Below are positions 22,113 through 34,691 of a DNA stretch of 64,000 bases, piece by piece. Numbering within the stretch: the first letter of the stretch is position 1; every line of letters starts with the position of its first letter. The position numbers were made by a program, and so were the translations under genes. The notes under the pieces are model-generated. The model was not told where the DNA came from and ran no database searches. It was given only the letters and a program-made list of their open reading frames with translations. Source of the stretch: Euglena gracilis (lineage: Eukaryota); contig CP154954.1 of NCBI GenBank assembly GCA_039621445.1, forward strand, positions 7,814,634 to 7,878,633, written 5' to 3'.

Positions 22113-25032
22113 GCAACCAGGCAAATCACCCCACAGGAGGCAAAGCGTTTTGTCCCTTATTTTATCATTTCCAAAAAGGAAGGGGAAAAGACCAAGGAAA
22201 GACTGATTTCAGATTGTCGACAGTTAAATCTCCATTTCACCCCCCAGAAACTCAGATTGGAACACATGGGAAAAATCTTCCCATATCTAAGAAAATGTTG
22301 GTTCTGTGGAGAAATAGACCTGAAAGATGCATATTTCCACTTAAAACTGCACAGCAGTCTGGAAAAACATGTGTGCATGCAGGTGGGGGGGGGGAAACTT
22401 GGCAATTTCAAGCTGCATGCTTTGGTATAAGCAGCCTGCCACAAAAATTTATGACTCTTATGAGAGTCTGGGAAAGAAAATGGAGAAAGGAAGGCAAGGT
22501 AGTTTTCATCTACCTGGACGACAGTTTGCTGTTAGCCCCCAGCAAAAAGACAGCAGCCCAACATTTGGCAGAAGTAAAAACAGACCTTTTACTGGCAGGT
22601 TTCAGATTAAACCTCCCCAAATCCTGTCTGGAACCCACACAGGAAATAAAACATTTGGGCCAATGGATCAATTTGAAAAAAGGCCAATTGGAAATTCCTC
22701 AGGAAAAACTAAAATCCTTAAGAAAGGAGCTAGGCAAAGTGCTCACAGCACAGAAAATGAGCTGCAAAAAAACTCAGTTCTATTGTGTGACAAGTCAGAA
22801 GCTATTTAATTTCAATGCCATTTCTCAGAATTCTGACAGATCAACTTTGCAAAATGGTGGATTTGCACACAAAGTGGGGTTGGGACCACACCCTGACCAT
22901 TCCCCAGGGGGTCAAATATCAAATTGTGGAGTTAAAAGCCTTTTTACAGCCAGGTGTGGGCAGGGCATTTCAGTCACAGGCCTCTCAGGAGCTCTTTTCG
23001 GACAGCAGCACCTGGCAGTGGGGGGGGCTGGACAAAGCTTCAGGCCAAAAGGTGCAGGATTTTTGGAGGGACGTGCATGTCCTTCATATCAATCAAAAAT
23101 AATTACAAGCTGCAGTGGAAACGGTAAAGGCACTAGCCAAACCAAAACAAACAATTGTGCTCCACGTGGACAGCCAGGTGGCTGTAAGTTGTTTAACAAA
23201 ATGGGGAGGCAAAAAGCCATACCCAAATTCCATCTTAAAACCCCTGCTGTATCATTGCAAAGAAAAGCAAATCAATTTGCAGGTGGTTTTGGTTCCCACA
23301 AAGGAGCAATTGGCAGACTCCCTGACCAGGGAGCAAAAGGACCCAGGGGATTATACCCTAAACCCAAACATCTTTCACCTAATTCTGGAATTTTTCAGAA
23401 AGGAAATCACCCCAGAGGTGGACATGTTTTGCACACCCAGCAACAAAAAATTCCCCAAGTTTGTTTGTCGATACCCCCACCAAGGGGCTTTGCTGGTGGA
23501 TGCCTTGAAGGCAGATTTGAGGGGCCTCCCCCCAGTTTATGCCAACCCCCCCTGGAGCATCATTCCCCAATGGGTTCAGAGATTAATGTTAAACACAGAC
23601 CTAATTTGTCTGTTGATCGTACCCCACTGGGCTTCGACATCATGGTGGCGCCAATTAATGTCAATCAGGCAGCCAGGCAGCAAGGTTTTGCTAGTACCCC
23701 CCCAGTGGGGTCTGTTCACCAACTGCTGGGGGGAGGAGATGCCCCCCCCAAGGTGGAATTTGGCCTGCTTGATTGTGTCAGGCAAAAATTACAATCCCAG
23801 AAAGTTTCGATGTCCAGTATCGATACTTACATAAGAAATCTGGGAAATGTCAAAAGATATGACTCAGCCTTCAGGACTTTGATCGGCCAATTGCTGCACA
23901 AAGGGGTGCCCCTGCAGGACTGCACAGTCCACAAGATGGCCGAGGCCATCCTTGAGCTGGCTGACCACAGCCTCAACACTGCACGAAGTGCATATGCAGC
24001 AGTTTTATTACTCCCAGGGTTTGGGTCATTGAGGTTTTCCCCTCTTTTGTCTCCATTGAAAAGGAAATGGAATTACAATGTCTGCAAGTATGCCCATTTT
24101 TGGGACCCCACTGATTTCTTAGAAAACATCATCAGGAAATGCAAACACCTCTCAGACCTATCTATGAAAGAGCTCAGAAACAGACTCCTCATCTGTTGGA
24201 GGCTGTTGGCCCTCCACAGGGGGGTTGATTTAGCCAGGACACAGCGAAAAATCAGTTTTGTGGGAGAAAAAATTTTCATTTTATTGCAAAGGAAAGGGTG
24301 GCGATTCCCAAGATGGGAGGAGATTTTGAATTTGCCACACACCCCCCTCATCAGCCCCTGGCATTTATTGAAAGAGTATGTGGAAAGGACAGCCCCCACG
24401 GTTGGGAACAAAAATAAGTTGTTATGGTCTTTGGATGGTAAAAGACCTTTGACATCAGAGAGGGTGAATTCCCTTACCAGAGAAATTCTGCAAGAGGGGG
24501 GGGTGGACACCACCCACTGGAAATCCCACAGCACCAGAGGGGCTGGGGTATTATGGTGGAAAAATGCTGGTTTGCAAGTGGAAGAAGTCCAGCAGCTGGG
24601 TCAGTGGAAAAATTTTGGGGCCTACCAAGCCCATTATTTGCGACTTCGGGTCGTATCAAAAATTCAAAATATTATGGCCCAAAGGGGGGTGCACAGTACA
24701 TCACCATCTTGCAGTGCGGAGCCCAAATAGTCTCGGACTCCCACGACAGAAGAAGGGGGAGGAAGGGACCAAGGGGGCGAAGCACAAGAAGATGGTGGGC
24801 CCAACCCTCCCACCCAAAAAATCAGCAGAAAAAGAAAGACATCCCAACCAGAAAGGGGACCCCCAACCAAGCAGTCCCAACCACGCACCCAGGAACACAC
24901 CAGAAAGAGACAACCATCCCCATCGACGGGGGGGGGGGGAGAGGGGGGGGGGCGGGTCCACGACGGTTCAGCTTCGCCAAGGTGTCGGAGGAGGCCTCAT
25001 CATCGCCAACTCCGGCAACAAAGGCACAGTAA
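22113..25032 (+). pseudogene. DIRS A1 RT / RNase H / Dam-like MT with overlapping tyrosine recombinase (frameshifted)
   Basis: FIYLDD, DSSTW, HVDSQVA, LADSLTR, DMFC...YANPPW; YR motifs LHRGVDL, HSTRGAG, LGQW, HY. Confidence 0.9.
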
Positions 25033-25521
25033 GAAGCACCCCCCGCGCACGCACAAACACAGAACAGAACAGCCGGCAAGGAAAGCAGGACCTCACCATC
25101 TTCTTGTGCTTCGCCCTCTTGGTCCCTTCCTCCCCCTTCCTCTGTCGTGGGAGTCCGAGACGAGCACCAATTTACAGTCTACAATTTCAATCTGACTTCA
25201 ATGAAAAATGCCGCGGAGAGTAAATTGGAGTGGACATGGCGCCTGTGGTGGCTCCCAGTGATGGCCCGCCTGGCTTCCCGGGATGCAAAAACCCCCTTGA
25301 TGTAAGAGGCCACCATCTCGTTTGTTGCCACCGAAACAGCATTGTGAGGCGACACGACACCTCGGGCTCCGCACTTTTCCATCGTGAGGCCACGACTTGC
25401 TCACCGGCGGTTTGTTGTGATTGTTTTTGCGCGCTTGGTCACGAGTCCGCGCTTCGTGCCTTTTTTCGCCGGAGTTGGCTGATTCCTAAGTTACCCTTCA
25501 ACACCAAGAAGAAAGGAATAA

Positions 25522-28500
25522 TCGTACTCCCTTGAGGCAAGCCGAAAAGGGAGGAAGGGACACCGACGGCGAAGCACAAAGACATTGTGAGGCCATGCAT
25601 TGCTCGCCGGCGGTTTGTTGTGTGATTGTTCGGTGCGCTGGGTTAGGAAGTCCCGCTTAGTGCCGCCTCGCCGGAGTTGGCTGCTTTGTCTCCGACGTGG
25701 CGACCATGGTGCTGTCTTTTTCCCTGGGGGGGTCCCCCCTCCACCTCCCCCCCCCTGGCCCCCATCTTCTGACCGAGGGCGTTTGAAGACAAATTTTCTT
25801 AAATGGGTGGGGGGGTCGGGCTCACAATGTCTTTGTGCTTCGCCCTCGGTGTCCCTTCCTCCCTTTTCGGCTTGCCTCGAGGGAGTACGAGACACCTCGG
25901 GCTCCGCACGTTGCCATTGTGAGGCCAGATTGTGCACTGAAAGAAGGGGGGCCAGGGCAATCTCCAAAGAACCTTGGGCACCAAGTCTTTGATAATGGGC
26001 TGTGAAAGCCTCCACCCCCTTCCATTGACCAATTTCACAAACTTCTTGGGCAGAAAGACCCAATTTTTTGAGCAAACCAACTCCTGCTCCTCTGGTGGAG
26101 TGGGGTCCCCAAACCTGGGGGGGTACCCCATGCTGGGCCAAAAAGTTTTTAGTTATAGAAGCAATGGTATCTGCCTTTATGGCTTTATAGGGAGTTTTAA
26201 CGTAATTAAAAGGGGGCCCCCCAGGTTTCACAAAGAAACGTGTTGCTGCCACATAAGACATCATCAAATGAAAGGGACTGATTTCGGGGCACTGGGAAAT
26301 AGAGACAAATCTCTCCCACTTATGGAGTTTTTGCCCTTTACGTTTAATTTTGATGTAGGGTGCCCCCCCCCCAACACAGTGGTGGTTCTTTGCACCTGTG
26401 CCAAATCAGAACTTCTGTATAAACAGAGGATACGTGAACAGAAAATGAGTTGTGTACGTAATGTACACATATCAGAGGGCAGGGGGGACTGTGCCAGCCC
26501 CAGCAGGATTGGAAGGGGATCCCAGAATGCACCATATTTTTCCAGGTTTTGGTTCCAAAGCCTTTTATAAGGTGCCAACATGGCATGGAACTTCAGGCCT
26601 CCAAAGCCAGGGTTCAAAAAAATAGCACTGTATGCATTGCGTGCCTGGGCCTTTGAAAATTGAAACAGTTGAACTAAAGCGTCAACCACTTGGTCAGTGG
26701 TGGCTTCAGGGGGGGGTACCCCCATTTTGTCCAAAATTACCCATAAAAGCGTAAAAGCGCTTTGATAACGCTTTAAACTGGGATTTCTTCCCAGAAAATC
26801 GTTAATGGTCGAATTTTGTACTTGCTTCCCTCCAAAATTTGCCTGAGCAAATCATGCAAAGGAGGGGCCACCTTGGGGGTGGCATTTCCCCCCCCTGCAG
26901 TTGGTGAACATACCCTTGTAGGGGGTGATTTTCAGGCAGGGGGTCCCTGGAACTTTCATTTTTATTAACTGGGGCCACCATGTGGCTGAATCCCAGTAGG
27001 GGGTGACCATCAAAACTTTGGCCTGTGGAAACATTTTTAATCTGGGGATAAACTTTTGAATTACAGACCAGGGGGGGTTTGCATAAAGTCCCCCCATGTT
27101 GTCCAGTTGGCATTGCAATGCGTCCACTGCTGTGGCATCCCAGTGGGGCCACCTGGCCACAAATTGTGGTAGTTTTTTGTTGCCTGGTGAGGCAAAAAGG
27201 TCTGTTTTTAGGCTGATGTAATTTTTGAACTGCTGACTCAGCCATTGAAAAAGTTGGGGGTCCACGGAGTAATCCCCCCTGTCCATTTCCCACCTGCTTA
27301 TGGGGTCTGCCAGGCATTCCTTTGAAGGCACCCACTTTACTTGCAGGTTTATGTTGTGTTCCATGCACCATTTCAAAAAGGGTCTCAGCATGGAATTGAA
27401 GGGGTCTTTTCTGCCCCCCCCCCTTTTGTTAAGTAATAGTAAATTACTTGATTGTTCACTGACAGGGACACAGTTTCTCCTGGTTTGCTTAGGCTTTGTA
27501 CGGTGCTTATTGCTGCACTTAATTCTTTGAAATTTATGTGCAAAATGGAGTTTTCCCTCCAAAATTCTTGCACAATTTCGCCTGTTCGAATGTCCAGCCC
27601 CCCCATGCATGGGTACTGCTGTCTGAGTGCAACTCCCTGGTTGCAATTTGGGGGAAGGGTCTGCCCACCCAGGAGTCCAGTAGATTTTTTATTTCTCTTA
27701 ATTGGTCTTTTATTCTTTGGGAAATGGGGTGTTTTGAGTCCCAGGGGGCTGTGGAATTTTCCACCAAAAAAATTGCCAGGGCATCCGTAAAGGCCCTTAG
27801 AAATGGCAGGGCCATTAGATTGCATCTTATTTGGACCAAAATGGCAGCCAACTGCCTTTTTGACATGTAATCTTTCTTCACCATTTTTACCAGCTCCTTT
27901 CTTACTGTTTTTTTTTCTGGGGTGGCACCTGCAATTTTCCCTCTTGGAAGTTTAATTGAAACCCAAGATGATTTACGATTTGGGTTGGCTGCAGGGTGGA
28001 GTTTTTTACATTGATTTTGAATCCTGATTTGATTAAATCCCTGACCACTGTGTTCAGGTGATTCTGTAAGAGATTGTATGTTGGGGCTACCAGTAAAATG
28101 TCGTCCAGGTAAATAAATACCCGGATGCCCCTTTTTCTCCACAGCTTTTCGAATGTCTTCATTACTGACATAAAAATTTGAGGCATTACATTCAGGCCAA
28201 AACAGCCTGCCTGGAATTCCCAGGTCTGCCCCCACCTGATGTATTAGAAATGGCCTTAGGGCCTGGCTCACTGGTATGTGGAAGTAGGCATCCTTTAGGT
28301 CTATTTTTGCTGCCCAGTGGCCTTTTTCCAACACAGGGAAAATGTGCTGGATGTGATCCAGCTTGAAAGGTTTCACTTGGAACAGTTGATTTAGCTCCCT
28401 GCAATCGCTTATTAACCTCCATTTGGTCTGTCCCCCCTCTGGTTTTGAAATCAAAAACCAGGGGATGAGGTGCTGGGTGGTTGAATCCCTCACCCTCTTT

Positions 28501-30233
28501 ACGGATCCAGATTTTTCGTAATCCAGCAGTATTTTTTCTGCTTGGGGTAGGTTCAAATTTGCTCTGGGTTTTGGGTGGGTGGACAATTTTGGTGGGTTTA
28601 CCCAGGGGGGTTGAATGCCATCCCTGATGAGTTGACATGTTGTTGGGGGGGCATTTTTCGCCCACCATTTCAGGCTTTTTTGCAGCCTTTGATGGAGGGG
28701 GGTGTCTCCCCATTTCTCCTCCATGGAATTTATTTCCTGGATAAGATTGTTTTGGGAGGGCTGGGCTGGTGGTGAAGGACATTTTTGGCTTTTTTGCAAC
28801 CTTTGATCGAGGGGGGGTGTCTCCCTTTATTTCCCCCATTCAAGTTGTTTTCTAGATAAGAAGATTTTGGGGGGCTGGGCTGGGTGTGTTGGACATTGCA
28901 CCCCTAGGTCCCCTAGGGCTTGGGCCCTTGGAAAAAGAAATTTTTTCTGGGGGGATGTGCATGCATTCTCTCCCTCTCTGATCACCAGTCTGGAGGATCT
29001 TGTTGTTGAATGACATACCATAGGGCTTAATGCCCCTGTTTTGCCTATCTGGTCTTCTCCATGATGATCTGGTTGGTTGACATACCATAGGGGGGCCTCT
29101 GTGGGTCCCCCCCTTGACTGAACAATCGGGACTTGTGAAATAAATGTTGGAGGTGTTCCTGCCCCTCCCTCCGAAAGGGCCACTGTGGGTCCCTTTCCTG
29201 CTGAGGCTGAGTCATTAAAAGGGCCACTGCGGCTCCCTTTTTCCTCCCTCTTTGGCAGAGGGCCTCTGTGGGTCCCTCGGGGGAGTTCTCCAGCAGCTTT
29301 CTTAGCTTCTTGGTGGCCACTGTGGGTCCACCCTGCTGGCCTCCAAGGCCTCCATGTATAAGTTTTTGTCCATAATCCATCTGTTGGTCTTCCAGGCCTT
29401 GATTGCTTCTTGGCATCCCACCCCACTGGAAGTCTGGGGGGGCTGCTGTGGCCCCCCCTTTTCTCCTTGAGAGGGGTAGTTGTGTAAGATGAATTGGGGA
29501 GGTTTGACAGACCTTTTCCGCCCCTTCCTGAGGGGATTTGCGTGTAAAATTGGCCCCCATGGCCCCTGTAATGTTGACCTCCTTGGCCTTGATTCCATCT
29601 CCCCAGCCTTTGGCCAAATTGTGTACAGGCTTGGGGGAAAAGCCCCTGATTTGTGGGCTTTGGATGTCCAATGCTGAAGTATTTTGGGCCTCCATGGCCC
29701 ATCCTTTGCCCACTGAGGGCTTGGGCTGACTTCTGTTTTCTGCGCCTTCTGGACAGTGGTCCAAGGACCGTGGCCGTCACTGGGGGTGTTTTTGTGGGAA
29801 ATTTCTGGGGTGGGGGTCTGGGTGGAAAGAACGGCCACGGTTTGCCACGTGTCGACCGCATGTCCAAGTTCTCCAGCTGCTGCTGCGGCCTCTGCTCCAA
29901 GACGTCCGCGGCCATGAAATTCCAATTTCTTCTCAACTGCATTGCTCATTCAAGTCAACTTGAAATTTGATAATTGACTTTTGAGTTGATATTCGTCTGG
30001 TTCGTGTCCTTCTGTATATTGAATTGATATTGACTTCTTTGCTTGGTTCTTCTTCGTTCGTTGACTCTGTTCCTTTCTTCTGGGTGTCCAAGGGCAAGTT
30101 AAGAATCAGCCAACTCCGGCGAAAAAAGGCACTAAGCGGGACCTCCTAACCCAGCGCAGCGAACAATCACACAACAAACCTCCGGCGAGCCAGGCATGGC
30201 CTCACAATGGCAAAGTGCGGAGCCCGAGGTGTC
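25522..30233 (-). mobile_element. Full-length DIRS element B1 (frameshifted gag, RT, RH, MT, YR)
   Basis: Both termini plus ICR (about 25821-25923); IDLKDAYFH, FIYLDDILL, HSDSS, TDLFASPGN..YANPPW, LYRSSDL, HSTRGAG on the minus strand. Confidence 0.92.
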
Positions 30234-30282
30234 AATCTACGCAGGAAGGCGAACCAAGAGAAAGACGTCAAGACAACAGAAT

Positions 30283-33200
30283 GACCATTCGGGACCCGCA
30301 CTGCGAGATGGTGAGGTCCTGCTTTCCTTGCCGGCTGTTCTTTTCTGATGTGTTTGTGCGTGTGCGGGGGGTGCTTCTTACTGCTTTTTGTTGCCGGAGT
30401 TGGCTGAATCCTAATTCTGCCCTTCGACCTCAAGGAGAAAGAACTTCACTGCTACGAGTTCACCTGAAAATACTTACAAGGAGCGTTACATTAACCGAAG
30501 ACTGTCATTTTATTAACTGGTGGATCAAACTTTTTTGCTGACCTTCGACTTCAAGGAGGAAGAGTTCAACTCTTCCAGTTCAACTGGAATTATTCCAGAA
30601 ATATTTCAACTACCAGGACAAGATCAAAACCGGACTTCCCTGAAGAATGAGCTTCAAAGACACTCAGACTGTCAAGATGAACTTCAACGAACTTCCAAGG
30701 AAACAGCTGAAGCTGGGGAAGGTGGACACACAGCAGCAGCTGCAGAAGCTGATGGGGCGGCAGCAACACGTCAGTCCGCGGCCATCGCAACCCCACCCCC
30801 CACCCCCCACCACATCAAAGATTTCAAACTCCCCACTCAACATGATGGCCATGGACCATGGACAACTGTGGTCAGGAAGAGAAGACAGAGGGGGACTACC
30901 ATCACAGGTCCAACAGACTCCACCCCTTTTTCTCAGTTCCCTCCATTCCAAGGGAAAAGCAAGGGCTATGGCAGCCTTTCAGAAGATATCAGAAATCCAA
31001 AGGAATCAAGTCAAAATCGAGGCTATGGCAGCCATCATTGGACAGGGCCTGGGGCCGAGACTCATTGCTGTTGCAGCCATCATCCAAGAGGGAAGTGGGC
31101 CCAGGTTCAAGGCTATGGCAGCCTGTATACCAACCTGGAAAGATCCCACAGGGGAAAGGTATGTCCAACTTACCCCACAGCTCTCTCAAACATAAACACC
31201 TCAGGAGCTGCCCATCCAAGCAAGCAGCCCCCCCTTCAGGGGAAGACCAATGGGGGCCATTGTATTCAAGAGGCCAATGGAGGCCAGGGGAAGCATCAAG
31301 ATATCAAGGTCAATGGAGGCCACTTCAATCAAAATCAGATGGCCATTGGAGGCCAATGCATTCAAGACCACATCAGCCCTTGGGGGGGAGGCCCAAGATT
31401 GGCTACACCAGGGCCCCCCAGAAGTTAATCAGCCCACACCCCCCGGCCATATATGTACCCCACCACTGCAGACACAGACCTTCCCCCATCTTTCAAATAC
31501 AGGGGGGAAGCCTGTCTTTGAGCAGCCCTATGGCAGGGCCAGAGGCGACCCCAGTGATGGGGCAGCCAGAGAGGACCCCAATGATGGGGCAGCCAGGGGG
31601 AAGGACCCCAGTGATGGGGCCTGTGGAATCCCCAGACACATTACACCCAGGGGTGCCCCCCTACAGGGCCCTGCCGGCCAGAATTCCCCATTGGGTAAAG
31701 ACAGGAGCCAGCACAGAGGTATTAAACTTAATAAGGGAAGGGGTCAGGGCAGATCTTCCCCTCCCCCCTCAGATGTCCTTAAAAGTTCCCTTCAAAACTC
31801 CCCAAGAAATAAGGACTGCCCAGAGAATTCTGAGAGAATACGAATGTGCAGGGGCAACAAGGCAAGTCACCGCAGAGGAGGCAAAACATTTTGTCCCTTA
31901 CTTTATCATTTCCCACAAGGAAGGGGAAAAGACAAACGAAAGACTAATTTCAGATTGTCGACAGTTAAATCTCCATTTCACCCCCCAGAAGTTCAGATCG
32001 GAAAACATGGGAAACATCTTTCCATATCTAAGAAAAGGTTGGGTCTGTGGAAAAATAGAACTGAAGGATGCATGTTTCTACTTAAAACTGCACAGCAGTC
32101 TGGAAAAACATGTTTGCACGCAGGTGGTTGGGGGAAACTTGGCAATTTCAAGCTGCATGCTTTGGCATAAGCAGCCTGCCACAAAAATTTATGACTCTCA
32201 TGAGAGTCTTGGAAAGGAAATGGAGAAAGGAAGGAAAGGTGGTTTTCATCTACCTGGACGACATTTTGCAGTTAGCCCCCAGAAAAAAGACAGCTGCCCA
32301 ACATTTGGCAGAAATGAAAAAAGATCATTTACTGGAAGGTTTCAGAAGATTTAGTTTCAATGCCTTTTCTCAGAATTCTGACAGATCAACTTTTCAAAAT
32401 GGTGGATTTGCACACCACGTGGGGTTGGGACCACACCTTGACCATTCCCCAAGGGGCCAAAGATCAAGTTGGAGTTAAAGTCATTTTTGCAGCCAGGTGT
32501 GGGCAGAGCATTTCAATCCCAGGCCTCTCAGTAACTGTTCTCAGACAGCAGCACCTGGCAATGGGGGGGGTGGGGCTGGACCAAGATTCAGGCCAAAAGG
32601 TGCAGGATTTTTGGAGGGACCTGCAGGTCTTTCATATCAATCAAAAAGAGTTGCAGGCTGCAGTAGAAAATGTAAAATACTTTGCCAAACCAAAGCAAAC
32701 GATTGTGCTTCATGTGGACAGCCAAGTGGCTGTCAGTTATTTGACAAAAAGGGGAGGCAAAAAGCCATACCTAAATTCCATCCTAAAACCCCTGTTGTAT
32801 CATTGTCAGGAAAAACAAATCAATTTGCAGGTGGTTTGGGTTCCCACAAAAGAACAATTGGCAGACTCCCTGACCAGGGAGCAAAAGGACCCAGGGGATT
32901 ATACCCTAAGCCTGAACGACTTTCACCAAATTCTCCATTTTTTTTCAGAATGGACATAACCCCAGAGGTGGACATGTTTTGCACTCACAGAAAAAAAAAG
33001 TTCCCCAAGTTCGTTTGTCGATACCCCCACCAAGGAGCCTTGCTGGTGGATGCCTTGAAGGCAGATTTGAGGGGCCTCCCCCCAGTTTATGCAAACCCTC
33101 CCTGGAGCATCATTCCCCAATGGGATCAGAGATTAATGTTAAAAGACCTAACATGTCTGTTGATCGTACCCCACTGGGCTTCGACATCATGGTGGCGCCA

Positions 33201-34691
33201 ATTAATGTCAATCAGGCAGCCAGGCAGCAACGTTTTGCTGGTAATTGGGTCTGTTCACCAACTGCTGCGTGAGGAGATGCCCCCCCAAGGTGAAATTTGG
33301 CCTGCTTGATTGTGTCAGGCAAATATTACAGTCCCAGGAAGTTTCGATGTCCAGTATCGACACTTACATAAAAAATCTGGGAAATGTCAAAAGATATGAC
33401 TCAGCCTTCAGGGCATTGGTGGGCCAGTTTTTACACAAATGGGTGCCGCTGCAGGATTTCACAATCCACAGGGTTGCTGAAGCCATCCTTGATCTTGCTG
33501 TTCATAGCATCAATACTGCGTGAAATGCATATGCGGCAGCCTTTTTACTCCCAGGGTTTAAGTCATTGAGATTTTCACCTCTTCTGGATCCATTTAAAAG
33601 AAAATGGAATTCCAATGTCTGCAAGTATGCCCACTTTTGGGACCCTACTTATTTCCTAGAAAACATCATGATAAATTCAACATCTCTCTCAGACATATAT
33701 GTGAAACAGCTCAGAAACAGACTCATCATCTGTTGGAGGCTTTTGGCCCTCCACAGGGGGGTTGATCTAGCCAGGACACAGTGAAAAATCGGTTTCGTGG
33801 GAGAAAAAAGTTTCATTTTATTGCAAAGGAAAGGGTGGCAATTCCCGAGATGGGAGGAAGTTTTGCCACACACACACCCCTCATAAGCCCCTGGCATTTA
33901 TTGCAAGAGTATGTTGAGAGGACAGCCCACATGGTTTGGCACAAAAAAATTTGTTATCGTCTGTGGATGGTAAAAGACCTTTGACATCAGAAAGAGTGAA
34001 TTCCCTGACCAAAAGGAATTCTGCAAGAGGGGGGGGTGGACAGCACCCGGTGGAAACCTCACAGCACCAGGGGGGCTGGGGTATTATGGTGGAAAAATGC
34101 TGGTTTGCAAGTGGAAGAAGTCCAGCAATTGGGTCAGTGGAAAAATTTTGGGGCCTTCCAAGCTCATTATTTGCGACTCGGGGTCGTATAAAAAATTCAA
34201 AAAATTATGGCCCAAAGGGGGGTGCACAGTACCTCACCATCTTGCAATGCGGAGCCCGAATGGTCTCGGACTCCCACGACACAGGAAGGGGGACGAAGGG
34301 ACCAAGAGGGCGAAGCACAAGAATATGGTGAGCCCAACCCCCCCCACCCAAAAAATCAACAGAAAAAGAAAACCATCCCAACCAGAAAGGGGACCCCGAC
34401 CAAGCAGCCCCAACAACCCACCCAGAAACACACCAGAAAGACACAACCATCCCAATCCAGGGGGAGGCCACCAAGCGACCATGGGAGGGGGGGGGCGGTT
34501 CAGCTTCGCCAAGGTGTCAGAGGAGGCCTCATCGTCGCTAACTGTGGCAACAAAGGCGCAGTAAGAAGCACCCCCCGCACACGCACAAACACACCAGAAC
34601 AGAACAGTCGGAAAGGAAAGCAGGACCTCACCATCGTCTTGTGCTTCGCCCTCTTGGTCCCTTCCGCCCCCTTCCTGTGTCGTGGGAGTCC
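30283..34691 (+). mobile_element. Full-length degenerate DIRS element A2
   Basis: Colinear with A3; ITRs; ICR about 34233-34332; RT/RH/MT/YR motifs with many stops and frameshifts. Confidence 0.92.

Larger units (their letters stand above)
8362..25161 (+). mobile_element. DIRS element A1, interrupted by the Gypsy element; deletion in the 5' region
   Basis: Left end AGACCAGTCGGGCTCCGCACTGCG; right end GGGAGTCCGAGAC; AGAC shared at both junctions; own sequence 8362-9343 plus 22113-25161 is colinear with A3; ICR about 24700-24800. Confidence 0.9.
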